A stretch of DNA of 64,000 nucleotides from Lama guanicoe (GCA_013239625.1 MU054400.1:4651802-4715801); one strand, 5' to 3'. Positions 12,590 through 26,136 are shown, counted from the first letter of the stretch. The notes: generated by a model from the letters alone, not told the origin. Program-made: numbers and translations.

Positions 12590-14989
12590 TAATATCGCGG
12601 GCAGTGGGCGGTAAACAAATGCAGTTTGAATTCAGCCGTCTCCCTCGCCCTTCCAGGAGATGTGCAAATTACAGAGAAAAGAGTTTTTAACTCAGCTAGG
12701 ACTAGGGACCAGAAATAAACCACCTAATCCAAGGGGCCGAGGAGTGGAGAGGCAATTTCAGTGTTAGATTGTGATGCAAAGTGTATTGATCAAGACCCCT
12801 GTACAAGAACAGATTTAATTGCAGTAATTCGTCAGCTTTTGCCCTTCTGAGACAATGAGGCAAAAGCTAAGCTATAATTGCAACTCGAGTTAGTTCTTAA
12901 GTGTGATTTAGACAGAGAGTACAAATTAATGGATAGGCTTTAAAAAGCTTAACACTCCCTCTTACTGAATTTTCAGAGTAACATGCCACAAATATCGGTA
13001 GATCACACATGGGGACTTGCCAGATTTTGATGTTGAGTTTGATTTTGAAACTTCTTAAACCTGGGATTTAATTACCTAGTTGGTGTCAGTGGTTGCTTTG
13101 GTTTCATTCACAATGTTCAATTTTTGACAAATCCCTGGTGGAGAGCCTAATTTGGCTATCTGGATTCAGAGCATACTTCCATTGCTGCGGGAGCTGGGAT
13201 TCTGAATGTGAAGCCTTTCCGTGCTAGGCGAACAAAGAGTGATTTCTTGGGAGCATCCAAGGGCTGGATGGGTTTCTCCTTGACTCAGTATTTGACAGGG
13301 TGGGTTGTGCTTTGGTCTACTTTTAGCCGAAAACCCAGTTTTCACACCTAAATTTAAATTCAACGTAAGGAGTTAGACCGCTGTGTATTTGTATTGTGAG
13401 TAGACAGACGAATCTTTAAATAACCCCCAAAAGTAGGTATTTATTTACATGTGTATCAAAATATGTATTTTTCCATACACATCTGATGTCCTGGCTCAGT
13501 GCTTCCTTTTTCCCCATGAAAAGGAAACTCAAAAACACCCACACCCTAGATTACCTAATGAGAATTGTGAAAGTTGAGTTTAAGTAAAATTTTTTTCAGG
13601 TTCAAGTAATAGCTCAGAAGGAAAGCAATCTTTTAAAAATTACTGTATCAGAATATTTCTGTGAACGTTTAGTGTGGACTCAGAGCATCACTGGGAGCTT
13701 GTGGTTAGGACGAGCTTCCTGTATATTGGAGATTTACTGACTGAGTGAGTGAGTAAGAAGGGAAGCTCTCCAAAAGCATATTTCACAGATATGTTTAAGG
13801 TTCGTGTTTAAGAGTATGTGGTTGAAATACTTGGTTTAACTAAAATTAAGTCACTTTATTCCTGTGGTTTTTAGCGAGATGGGTGGTACATAGAGCTTTT
13901 CTCTGGGAGCAGGTGAAGAAACATATTTTAATTCTGTTTGTGTAATGTGGCCTGATTCTATAAATTCTTTCATAAAAATGGATGATTCAAAGTAGGTGAG
14001 ATGATTGCTTTATAGATTAAGTATGTTGACCTTATTTGCATTAAGATCTTTTGATAGAATTATGTGTTATGAGAAGGGGAAAAAAAAGAATGAGGCCGCC
14101 CTGTGGCTGGCAGGGGAGTTTGTGATCTTTATTTCGTGGGTGTGAATCTTTATTTCGTGGGTGTGATGACAGGCCCTCTGCCTCTGTGATGGAAGGTGGT
14201 TTGCCCATTTGTCACTAGCATTTTGCTTTGATTTTTGGCTCTGTCTACATTTCTGTGTATAATTTTCTCTCCACTGTGCAAGTCTAATTGACAAATTGTT
14301 TATTGAGTAATTTAATGTATGTGACCTGTGAATATGAAAGAAGTGCTCTGGAAAACCTAGAGTTGGGGATTTTTAAAAATACAGTATACATGCCCATCTG
14401 ACTGATGTATCTTTTATTTTTGTCTAAAAATGTGGTAAATGGTTGATTTTTTTTGAAGTTTTTTTCAAGTCCAGTGACTTTTATGTCTGCCAGGAAATAG
14501 GCACTTCTTGAAAACAAATGCTGACATTGGATGGACATTAGGTAGACCCATAGGAAAGATATTGTTCTGTGTGTCGCTGAGAGATTGGGAGTGGAGGCAA
14601 GAGTGTGGTGGCAGAAAATGGAAATGGGCAGGTGTTTAACATCAAAGCAAGGTTGGTCTAAGCAGTGAGTTATAAACAGCATCGGCTAGGATTTAAGACT
14701 TCACTTACATATCTTTAGCGATAGTAAAAAATAGCTATTCACTTACCTTGTAAATGCGCTGAGACAAAGTCCGTAGCTAGAGGAGGGAAGATGGGTATTT
14801 AAATAAGTAGAATATAGTATTAGATTATTACTCTTGTTACTTTACTTTTCAGAGAACAGAGTGTGTGTATGTACAGGGTTGAGAGTGTGTGTGTGTGTCT
14901 GTCTGTGTACGTTAGTGTGGGTACTGCCCAAGACTACTATAAAAGCTGTCAACTCTAAAGAACTTTATAAGGTATTACGATGATTGATA

Positions 14990-15185
14990 GAGCAGACAGA
15001 CCACTGGACAGATATTCGGGTCCAGAGTTGGCTCCACAACTTGCCAGCTTTATAACCTGGAACAGGTCACTTATCCTCTCTGACCGTCAGTATCTTCATC
15101 TAGAAAATGAGAGGCTTATTTCATGACTGTTGTTGAATATCAAGTAATCTAAGACATGTAAAAGTATTTTCTCAGCAGTAAAGAG
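14990..15185 (+). mobile_element. MIR SINE
   Basis: MIR core caggtcacttatcctctctgaccgtcagtatcttcatctagaaaatgag. Confidence 0.65.
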
Positions 15186-16259
15186 TCAAACAAAGACAGA
15201 TATCATCTGTAGGACTGGAGGAGACACGTGAGTATTCCAGGCATGCTAATAACTTGGTTTGCAACTCAATGTTCTGTTAAGTGTCTGTTTACCATTTTGG
15301 GAAAATGAGTCATGGGGGAGACACATTGCTGACAGCCCTGGGCCTCTCCACTCTGATTCTGAATAATGAAGCTCTGGCCTTGAACTTGCACATCCTCCAA
15401 GTGGAAACCAGTCCCTGCAGTGAATGGGACTGTTGTCTTTAGAATGTTGTTTGGTGACTTGTGTTGACTCCAGGAGGCCCGTTGGGTCTCACCCTCTATT
15501 CCAGAAGGTGGGATGAAAAACTGCTTCCATCACATGTAGTGGTTTCTGGGAGGAGTTCTTATAAAGGCAGATTTCTCCGTGTGCTGTGACACTGGGTCAT
15601 TCTAATGCCCCAGGTGCCTTAGCGTCTCTTATCAGTTGGCAGTTGGGGCAGATGCAGGCTGGCTTGTCCCACCGTTGGGCTCCAGTTACACCCTTGGCTG
15701 TGGTTCAGCCTAACCTGTGAGCCTTCTGGGCACCTCTCTGAACACTGGCCTCCTTTCCTCTTCCACTGACCTGACGTGATCTTAAGACCTGGGTCCTCCC
15801 TCCTGAATAAATCTCTACAGTGGTCTCTCCCTTTCAGAAACCAAATGGCTTGCTGTCTGAAGCACTCCATTGGTCATGACCACAGACAACCCGTCCATGC
15901 TCCATCCTTGCTTTGTGTTACTAATATTCTTGTATTGCTCCGTGTAGCCAGTTTGAAAGTGCCGTCAGGGTTCTCTCTGCATTCTTTTCTCCGAGGGGTG
16001 TGCAGTGTGCTGTATAATTCTAGGCAGAAGTTTGGTAGATGTCTGAATAAGCTAACGCAGGCCGGCAGGTATAATATTGAGACCAGAATGTGGATGGGAG
16101 ACACACAAATGGTGATGCAGATGGTGACGCCCATGGCGAGGTAGTGTGTGGTGTGGGACAGCCAGGCACCCTCATCTGGGAAGTGGGGAGACACCTACCT
16201 TTGTGGGGTGTTGTGAGAATGAGAGGCAGTGGCTGCCTCAGATATTATTTTTAATAACC

Positions 16260-16440
16260 TCTGTTCCCCATGACAGCATTTGCAACAATGCATACTCATT
16301 ACTTACTTGATTATCTGCTTTTCCTCTCAGCCTTTCACAGGGTTGCGACCTTGGACTTGCTCATCCTTTTTTATCTCTTCTGCCTAATTAAGTGTGTGAC
16401 ACTAGGTGCTCAATAAATGCTTACTGATGGAATGAATGGA
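16260..16440 (+). mobile_element. L2 3' end
   Basis: ...taggtgctcaataaatgcttactgatggaatgaatgga tail. Confidence 0.6.
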
Positions 16441-16463
16441 TTCATATTTGTAAAGCGTAGTGA

Positions 16464-16465
<2 letters not shown>

Positions 16466-16507
<42 letters not shown>

Positions 16508-16510
16508 GCA
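16466..16510. repeat. (AC)n microsatellite, about 19 units plus GCAC tail
   Basis: Directly visible. Confidence 0.97.
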
Positions 16511-18925
16511 CCTATGTATAAATTTACATATGTGGCACCAAGTAAGTGATGTCTAGTGGGGATGTTCTTTGGATTAAAGTCTGCAGCTCATCAAAATAAA
16601 AGCTGTTTTTGCCGTTCTCTGTGGCTGAACAGTAACATGCACCGCACAGAATCAGTTTTAAGGAAAACAAAGTATTTTACATTTGTTTGGATGGTCGCTG
16701 GAAGCTAATAATTCAAAGTTAAAACATTCTCATTTTGGCATAAAATCCGTAGGCATTTTAATTGACGTCAGAAATGGTAATAAACCCCTAACAGTCCGGG
16801 TACCTCTTTTAGTTGGTTTACTGTGAACTTACAGGACTCAGTGCTAGTCTTACCAGCAGTCCTGTGGGGACCGGGAGAAGAGAGGCTTCCAGCGTGCTTT
16901 CTCCTTGGAAGTGGGAATTGCAGGTTCACGCAGTTGACTAGTGAGAGCGTCCTGTAAGACTGAGAGTTGAATGTGAGTTTTTTCTTTGCATTTTTGCTTC
17001 CGCTTGCCCTCAGATGATTCCTCTAATAGGAAAGGCTGCAAAGGTTTAAGAGAGAAAAGGTTCAAATGTATGTTTTAAAGGTAGCGATCAGGGATTTTAA
17101 AATTAACTGCATTTTAGGGAGGTCTAAAGAGGGTCTTCTAGAATGTGAAAGGAGGGCACAGTGACAGTGGTGAGTGGCAGTTGGGTTGAATGCTTGCTTG
17201 CTCACATCTGGACCACCTGGGGATGTAGAAAGTAAGTTTACTGGGGCCAGGAACGTAGCACGTGGAGGTGCTGAATGACGGGGAAGCTGAGGCACCCTGA
17301 AGCGGATTTCTTGGTCCCCCAATGCCCTTTTCCCCTAGGCTTGTGTCTCACCCAGCTACTTCGGAACCTAAAGGCCCCACAGCATTGGTGCATCGTGACA
17401 AAGCCTTAAAAAACACTATAGCTTACAGAGTTGTCTGCTCAGATTAATTTCAATAATTGCAGTACAGGGTTACATCAGAAGATGTGACATTGTCAGACAC
17501 AGCCTCTTGTTTCCCAGCAAAACTATAACCCCTGGAAGGCAGAGACCATTTCCTTCTGGCATGGGGGCTGTTGCAGGGGTGGTGTGTGGGTACCTTCGGA
17601 TATGGCATGGCAGGGGTGGGGGGAGGTGGCAAGAGGTGAGCGACAGGGTCAAGATTACGTCGCCTGACCTCTGGGACGCCCTGCAGGGGAAGGCAGTGTG
17701 AACCTTCACCCCTAATTCTAGCCAACTGCTACATGTATCTAACCTAACCAAGCATTTTGTATGAAATAAAGCATGACTTTAGTGGAAACGTATTTCTGAT
17801 CATCAGGAGACAAAGAAACGCACCTGCTGGTGGAGGGGAGGGGCTTTCTTTGGTGGAGGGCAGCCCAGCACCCTTGGGCACTTAGATCTAGAAGCAGCTG
17901 AGTGGTCAGCGAGTCCTTCCTTCTCATTTCATCCCATTGGCCCTTAGACAGGTCATGTGGCTTTTTTCAAGGTAGCCGGTCAGTAGGTCGCCAGAGATGG
18001 ACCAGACCCCCGAGCAGGTCTGTTTTCATTATGTTCCTCACACACGTAGGATTCGGCAATTATCATTCTTGGGAGGTGAAATAACGTTGCTATTTAAGAG
18101 AAGCGATCTGGGCAGCCGCCCAATGCCGGTCTGCTTCCATACCTGCTTTGAAGAAGATGGTCAGGAGTCGCTAGGACCCATTTCATGGCAGCTTTTCATC
18201 TTCACTCCGGCGCAAGGGTGACCCTTGGAGCTCAGAGCTCCCTCGGGCGCTTGACGACGTACACGATCTCCTTGCCTCTTCTCTTCTGAACAGCTCGCGC
18301 GCTCCGCAGTGATGAATGGGGCTACTATCTGCCGCAGCGTTATCCAAGCCCCAGAGTTAATAAGTTAGCTTTTTAGAACGTTCACAGAACATTTTCATTA
18401 TTGTTTAACCTTGGAGTCATGGTCGGCGTAAGAGCCTTGCCTCTGCCCAGTAAGCCACACGCTAGACGACAGCTTCCTTTTCCATTAAGTGGCGCGTCTG
18501 TCTGGTTTAGGGCTGGGGGTGATTGAGGCTTTGTGCAGAAGGTGATACTTCATTGTTTTGCTTCGGTTTGTTGTGCTGAGTTATCAAAACAATGCATCCT
18601 CCCTTGGCTTTGAAGGAGATTATATGGCAGTATAATGGTTCATAATAAATCCAATTTATCACTTTGTTACCATTCTGAATGAATTCCTTTAAATGTGCAG
18701 TTAGAGTGGAGGAAAGAAAAGATAGACAATTTTTCTACCTTCATCTAACTCAAATGGGTTTAAAATAACTTTGTCTCACGAGTCAGTCTTTCTTAGCTAA
18801 AACAGAAAGTGTCCAATCCCCGTTCCAGGTTTAACGTACTAAAAGGAGTTTTACAAGATAAAAGTCTAAAACCTAAAATAGTTTGTCTAATTTTCAATCC
18901 CAGTCCAAAACAAAACCAAACTAGA

Positions 18926-19140
18926 GGGGAGGGAATAGCTCAGTGGCAGAATGTGTGCTTAGCATCAAGAGGTCCTGAGTTCCACCCCCAGTACCTCTAT
19001 TAAAAATGAATCAATAAACCTAATGACTTTCCTCCAAAAACCAAACCAAACCAAAACAGCAGCAAAAAAACAAGCAAACAAACAAAAAAAAAAACCCCCA
19101 AAATTAAGAAAATAAAAACAAAAAAATAAAAAAACCTCAA
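18926..19140 (+). mobile_element. Vic-1-like SINE with long A-rich tail
   Basis: ggggagggaatagctcagtggcagaatgtgtgcttagcat...aataaacctaatgac, then an (AAAC)-rich tail. Confidence 0.88.
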
Positions 19141-19895
19141 CAAACCAGATAAGTGCTTATAACTAATCTCTGGTGATAACTGACACGTGTGATTCTCAGT
19201 GACTGTTGTTTATCACTTCCGTCTTTTTGAGGTGACATTGGGAGCTTGTGTGGCTTATAGACCACACTGCTGTCACTTAAGTACGTTGCTGACCTCTGAG
19301 AAATGACCACGGGGCTTTCCCCTATGTCCTACCTGTGGACATTTCAATGGTGAGCTTGAGAAATTTCATTCAGTAACATATATTCAGAGACGTCAGGAGA
19401 GGGAGGCAGGGAGAAATTGTTCACTTTTTCCCTTTATAAACACCTTCAGCTTTGGATGAGGAATGTACAGTTTGAACAGATGAATGCTGTGAGCTGCCGA
19501 TCTCTGGTGTTCGAAAAGTTTATACTCATAAGCCCAATGGTTTGCAGCTGGGAAATTTGACTCTGTGTGGACTCTTGTGGGACATTTTATTTTCTGGCAA
19601 AACTGATTTTTCTTACTTAGATGTAGTGTGGTGAATGGGGCTGGTTTTTAAGTAACTCAAGTACAGTTGTTAGTGTGAATTTTCACCTATAAGGAATGAG
19701 CGAATTTCCATTTTTTCTTCCCATTGTTGAACAGTTTTTTCCTATAGTTTATTGTTTTCTACCTTTACAACCATGTAACCTTTTCCTTTTTAACGTATAA
19801 AGATTGTCAGGAGTTTTGAGACCTTACTTCCGTCCTACATGTTCCTGTTCCTGGTGCCCCAGTTTAGAATTTTCTAGTTGAATAAGAAATGTCAA

Positions 19896-20046
19896 GGGTG
19901 AGGGTATAGCTCAGGTGATAGAGCGCATGCTTGGCATACACAAGGTCCTGGGTTCAATCCCTAGTACTGCCTCCAGAAATCAATAAATAGGTAAAACTAA
20001 TTACCTACTCTCCAACAACAAAAAATTTTAAAAATAAAAAAAGAAA
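19896..20046 (+). mobile_element. Vic-1-like SINE
   Basis: gggtatagctcaggtgatagagcgcatgcttggcatacacaaggtcctgggttcaatccc; flanked by aagaaatgt direct repeats. Confidence 0.9.
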
Positions 20047-21418
20047 AGAAATGTAGGAGAAATAATCAGTACCTTTTTGGTCCTATCATGAAGAGGGTCA
20101 GATTTCCTCTGAACTGCCTGTCTGTGTGTCTGCCCAGCAACACATACCTTATCTACGACCAGGAGGGTAGATACATTCAGGCGATGGGACAACATAGTGA
20201 CAGAAGGATTCCTTGGATGATGTCAGTAGTTAGGGCTGATTCAGTACTAATGTTCCCACCTTCCTTTGAGAAGATCTTCTAAATCAGTTTGCCTCCTCTG
20301 GGTAGAGCTTGATTTTTTTTTTTTTTTTTAGCGGTTGTTATCTTAAAAGTACTCTTTTCCTGGTATATAAATCAGTCTAATTGAAAACAGAGCCTGCCAG
20401 GGGCTGCTTCTGTAGACCTGGGATGTGAATATAGAAAGCTGTCTTTCTAAATGTCTTTGCCACTCAGGGTGTCTAGACTTAGTAATGCCAGAAACTTCCA
20501 CCAAATTCATCCTCAGGAACTCCTCTGGCCTCGGGATGATCACGAGTTTGTTTCCTTCTCCTTTTCCTGGCTGGCTTGCACTTCTTTGCAGACCAGGAGT
20601 GCAGAGGCCCCAGTGTGCTCAGGACAAGGCACCTCTGCTCTGTTTTTCTCCCTAATGTCTTTTTCCACATTGTACAATCAAAATGAGGTGGAATCCACAC
20701 CTGTCGTCCCCTTTGAGGGAGAACCTGTAATACGACCGCTGAGACCCTGCTCTAGGCATTTCTCTGCCAGGTCATTCAAACGTGCTTTGGAATAGAGGGA
20801 AGGTATTTACAGTTCCCCATTTAGAATCGATAAGGGTTTGTTCTGAGCTTGGTCACATATCCTCTCCTGAGCGTCAGGCAGCTGGTTCAATTGTTTGGGA
20901 GAGGAAGTGAATTAGAACAAGAGGAATATTTTCCAGGATGAAGTTTTATCAGCTCTGCTTTCCTCCCCACCCCTCCTTTGGCACAGACAGACAGGAGAGT
21001 TTAGCCAACTCAGCAGCGGACAGGCGAGGGAAGAGGCATGAGTGAAGTCCCTCAGTTTTGCTAAACTTGATTCGGGCATTGAATGAGTATATCGTGTTTA
21101 TGAATAGTACCAATTAATCTGGACCATCTTTTGTAGGCCTCGTCTTTGGAAGCAGTATTCTCTTTGCTGCAGATTATTTAAATCTTTTAAAAAATTCTTT
21201 AAAAATTATCTGCATTAGAGAGGTTTTATCCTGGAGAAAAGCAGAGTGACCTGGCCAAGGGAGGTGCCAGGATAGCGGAGTAGAGACTCACAGCTCACCC
21301 TCTCCCACAGACACACCAAGAATTACATCTCCAAACCCACTGAATCGCACAGAACACCTGCTGAACTCTGGCACAGTGTCTCTCGCTTTGAAATACAGGA
21401 GGGTTCTCACAAAATCTG

Positions 21419-21603
21419 ATAAAAACAAGTTCGTATTGTACAGCATAGGGAACTATATCCAATGTCTTGTAGCAACTTATGGTGAAAAAGAATATGAAAA
21501 CGAATATATGTGTGTGCATGTATGACTGAAGCGCTGTGCTGTACACCAGAAATTGACGCAACATTGTAAACTGACTATACTTCAATTTAAAAAGTGAATA
21601 AAA
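21419..21603 (+). mobile_element. Young 5'-truncated L1 3' end (artiodactyl type)
   Basis: tgtacagcatagggaactatatccaa...gctgtacaccagaaattgacgcaacattgtaaactgactatacttcaatttaaaaa. Confidence 0.85.
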
Positions 21604-21924
21604 AGTGACCTGGCCAGTTTCAGCCTGTAGCCATCTGTGGTGCACATCTAGGGCTGGTCCCTCGTGCAGGTCCTCCCTCTCATTTCCTACATCCCTGAAC
21701 AATTTCCGGTAAGTAACTGGCCTCTTTGTGGTTTTTTTTTTTACACTTGACTTATCCAGGTGGGTGATTCTTGGCCCTCCCTATGGATGGTGAGTTTTCT
21801 GGGAGTAGAGAACATGGCTTTTTGTGTTTCTTACATTAGGTGGGGCTCAGCTAAGCCCACAGGAGGCCTTGTTTATTGGCCTTATGAAGATATATATCCA
21901 GAAATTAGAATATGGTTCGACGCT

Positions 21925-22095
21925 TTCCATCTAAATCCCTGTTGCCCTGAGAAAGTCACTGGACTTCTGTGCGATTCAGTTTCCTCATCTGGAAAATGGG
22001 GCCAATAATCATACCTACCATGAGGTTGTTGTGACGATGGGCGTAATATGTGTAAAGTGCTTGGTCCAGTAACAGGCACACCAGTAAGTGTTGGA
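21925..22095 (+). mobile_element. MIR SINE
   Basis: tcagtttcctcatctggaaaatggggccaataat...gtaaagtgctt...ggcacaccagtaagtg. Confidence 0.8.
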
Positions 22096-22700
22096 GAAGA
22101 GGTGGCTGTTTACTAAGACAGAGCAAGAGAGACTGAAGATGCTTCTAGATCCGTGTGACCAGGGTCCTGCTTTCTCTGTTTGGTCTTCATTTCCCTACCC
22201 AGATTCTGGCCGGGCTGCTCAGGGGCAGGCTGGGGGTGATGGCCCACTCTCCTCAATTCCATCCTTCCTCCTTCTCTTTTTCCCTCCTCTGTCTCCCTAC
22301 CCCGTCTCTAGCTCAGCCCGCCAAGTGGGCTCATTCTATCAGGTTTGACATCACTGATCTGATCTGTCCCACAGCTGCCCATTCTAGCTGGCTTGGACCC
22401 AGGACTTGGTTTATGTGCCGGGCTCCCCCCGCTGGTCCGCCCCATAGTGTGGTGGTCAATGACTCAGAGTTCCTCAGAAATAAATTAGCCAGGAATTGTG
22501 CCGTGCATTTGAATGTGGGCTGCTGGAGACGGTGTACAGGGATGCCATTGCCAAAGTGCACCCCAGACACCCCAGGAAAAGGGAGGGAGGAGCTCATGTC
22601 AAGGAGGGGATATTAAGATGGGAAGACGTGTGTTCTGGGGAAGCCAGGGCAGCTAAGAGCTGCATGACAGCTGGGAGTTAGCTGCTCCGGGAGAGAGCTG

Positions 22701-22840
22701 CTCGGAAATGCTCAGAAGGATGGTCCTCCTGGCGTGATTAAGAACCCGAAGTATGTCGACACGCAAATTCGTGTTTAAACGTGGTAGACTTTTAACTTCC
22801 TGGAAAGTCGATTTTGTTTTGCCAGCTGCTTTTTAAATGA
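22701..22840 (+). repeat. Local direct repeat, copy 1 (~140 bp)
   Basis: Aligns by eye with 23584-23721 at about 80-85% identity. Confidence 0.9.
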
Positions 22841-23276
22841 GAAACCATCTTAAACAGCTGAATAAGATGCTAGGAATTGCGTCAGAGGAACAAATCATTG
22901 GGTTTTTTTGTTCTGGATCTTTATGGAGAAAGGAGTGTGGATGAGTGTGTGGGCCCTGAGTTCCTGACCGACATGAGTTTGCTGCAGAAGGCGAGACGTG
23001 CGGCAGGTCTGAGCCTCTGTTCGTTTCTGACACGCATTGATCTGAGATGTGAAAATGAGTGTTTGGCTAAGCCAAAGTTGCCCGTGCCAAGAGAAGCCTA
23101 TTAGATTGGTGGCTGAAAGGCTGAATTGTTCGGATTTACTTAATGGCAAGGCTCTGCCAGCTGCTGGGAGTGAATGCCCACTTACGCGATTGAGTGCATC
23201 CTTGTTCCCCGGATGGGGGGCCCCATTTGTTCAGGGAACATGGCGCTGCAGGAGAGGCCACTTTAAAAGGATGCTT

Positions 23277-23410
23277 GGGAGGGTCTAGCTCAAGTGGTAG
23301 AGCACACGCTTCACGTGCATAGGCTCCTGAGTTCAATCCCCAGTGTCTCCTCTAAAAATAAAAATAAATGAATAAACCTAATTACCCCTCCCCAGCAAAG
23401 AAAATATATG
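23277..23410 (+). mobile_element. Vic-1-like SINE with 13-bp TSD
   Basis: TAAAAGGATGCTT at 23264-23276 and 23411-23423; insertion at a TT/AAAA L1-endonuclease site. Confidence 0.93.
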
Positions 23411-23583
23411 TAAAAGGATGCTTCCTTCCTTGTTCTTTGGGGCCATTAGGTAGAAGGTATCTGTAGTTTATAAACAGTAACATTAGACGCTCACAGATTT
23501 GAAGAGGAAAATGCCTGGAAATTGGGTTTATAAGGTGAGTTCGGGTGACATATCAGGGAGTGACAATCCTAACTATAAACAGA

Positions 23584-23721
23584 CTCGGAAGTGCTCAGAG
23601 GGACAGTCATCCTGGCGTTATTAAGAACCCGAGGTATGTCAGCACGCAAATTCATGTTTTGACATGGGAGCCTTGAGCTTCTGGAAAGTCAATTTCGTTT
23701 TGCTAGCTGCTTTTTAAATGA
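23584..23721 (+). repeat. Local direct repeat, copy 2
   Basis: ctcggaagtgctcagag...cctggcgttattaagaacccgaggtatgtc...agctgctttttaaatga. Confidence 0.9.
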
Positions 23722-24067
23722 AAAATAGACTGTTACACAGAAGTATCATGTGAACTGTAATATCCACCCGTCGGACATGTTCATTCGTCCGGGTTGACTG
23801 GACATCTGAATGATAGGGCACTGGCTGGGGTGTTGCGCAGGACCCTTTATCTCAACAAGTTCCTAACCAAGCAAGGCAGGCAGACTTTACACAACCATGG
23901 TAGTTGAAAGCCTGAGTGAGAAGGAAATAAGTACGAAAAGCTGTTTTTGGAGTTCAGGCAAGGAGAGGTCATTCTGACCTTTGGAGGGTTCATTCATTTA
24001 TTCACTCATTCATTCAGATTCTTGGCGGGGACATAAAAATGTAAGTAGGTGGGTACCTGAGCGGGGG

Positions 24068-24091
24068 GTGTGTGTGTGTGTGTGTGTGTGT
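24068..24091. repeat. (GT)n microsatellite
   Basis: Directly visible. Confidence 0.95.
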
Positions 24092-24459
24092 CTACCCATA
24101 TATTCCCTGGAAGAAACTGGAAATCAGACATGAAGAAGGAGACAAGGAAGCTGAGATTTACTGGGAACCCATTCTAGACCAGGGCCTGGAAATAGGTGCT
24201 GTAATCCAAATTTTACAGATGAGAAAACCAGGCTTCAGAAAGACATTGGCCTCAGACAACGTGTTTAAAATGATGGTGGCAACCAGTGGGCACCCCAAAT
24301 TGCTAAGCCATGACCGGAGACTGGGGGACGGGTGGTGCGGCTCGCTTTGTGGCCTGTTCCTCTGCCACTGTCGTGAGAGGGAAGCTTCAAGAACTTGAGA
24401 ACGTCCAGCACAGCACCTGGCTCACGTGATGCGTCCAGTGCACGTTTCCTTCCTTTAAA

Positions 24460-24615
24460 CTGGTTCTCAACCTGGGCTCTAGTGACAGTTTGGTCGGGGT
24501 GACTCTTCGTGGTGGGGGCCGTGCTGTGCCTTGGGGAATGTTTAACAGCATCCCTGGCTTCTGCCCCTCTGGATGCCAGGAACATCTCCCCCCACCCCGA
24601 CCCATTGAGAACCAC
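24460..24615. mobile_element. MER20-like hAT-Charlie MITE (internally deleted)
   Basis: Inverted termini ggttctcaa...ttgagaacc; internal gaatgtttaacagcatccctggc. Confidence 0.8.
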
Positions 24616-26136
24616 GGGGCTCCAGGACCAAACAGGGAAGTGTTAACAAATGGACTAGAGGTTGGAGCAGGTAATATGCAAGGAGGCTCCTGCACCCAGT
24701 GAGCAGAGAAAGTGCCCCTGAAAGAAGGTGTTGACCTTGGGTGTCCAGAGCTGGGGAAGGAAGAGAGCAGGCTGCAGATGGTGTGAGCAAGAGGTCTGGG
24801 CAGTTGTTGTTTTCCTCTGGCATTTAGGTGCTGGCCCTAGAGTGGGCACCCACGGCCAACATGGAAGCTTTTGCCCTGCCTCTCCCTGCTGAGCAGCTGC
24901 TCTGAGTCATGGCTCCGACAGAGTTCCCATCCCTGCCTGACCTCGGTCCACCCTGCTCTCTCCCAAGGGTGGCATTCTGCTGTCATTTCCATGACTGTTT
25001 TTAATCTGCTTAATAGCTGTAGGGGTTTTTGTGTGGCTGTGTGTGTGTGTGTTTGTTTTTTTTTTTTTTTTGTGGATTTCTAATTTTTAGTCAAAGCTGG
25101 ATAACTCCTTGCTTTTTATTTGCTTTTTGTTCTCCGAGGCCCCCGGTTCCTGCCTCTCCTGCAGGCTGGATGGCATAGCAGACTGTGTGGCTGTGGGGAA
25201 CCCACATAGCTTAGTTACTGCCTCAGATAGCCCCTCCTCCTAGCGGGGGTGCTTTTAAAGATGATAGGTCAGGTCTCAGGACGTGGCAGGAGGTGTGAAG
25301 GATGCTCTCTGCTGTGTCCCAGCTCCCTGGGGGAGGAGCACTTGTATGGAAGTCACTTGGTGGGGAAGCTTGTCACTTGGCGGAGGGTGCGAAGGGACCA
25401 GGGCTGATTGGAGGGCACTGTGGAAGAGGGAAATGTGTCAGACAAGGTGCTGGCAAGAAATGAGTCCACTGCTGATGGTCAAGGTGAAGACGGCCAAGTT
25501 CACACTTCCTGGGAAGCAGATACCATGCCTTGGGCTGAGCTAGAACCACCGAGGAGGGCCGCCAGCACCTGCCGCTTCAGAGAGGAAACACCCTGACCTC
25601 TCTCTCCTCCTCCCTGCCAGTGCCCCCTGTTAACCACCTGCAGGATGCTGGGGTGGTGCAGGATGGGGGGCAACCTCCGGCTGGCCAGAGAATAGTGAAC
25701 AGATTGGAGGGAAGGGGTGTGTGGACAGAGGGAGGAGACGGAGAATAACTAGGAGAGAGGTGTCCATGAGGGGCAGTGGGGAAAGGATACCAGGGTTTCT
25801 ATGGAGTTGGTCCCCTCTGTTGGTGCTGGTGATCAGAATCTGCACTATCAGTATGTGGGACCCTCCTCTCTACTCTGAATACCGAGTTTATATTCCATTT
25901 TCCCCAGGAAGTCACTCCTAACCATCCCTTTCAAAGGGATGCCCTCCTCTTGCAGACTCCAGGGCATTTCCTCATTGGCACAGTCATCTGGCAGTTAGAC
26001 TCTCCACATCGCACTGCTGGCTCTGTGTCTGTGTCTGTGTATGTCTGTATGTGTGTGTGTCTGTGTGTATCTCTGCTAGATTGTAAGCCTCTTAAGGTGT
26101 CATAGTTCTTTGCTTTCCAGCATCTTGCAAAGAAAG

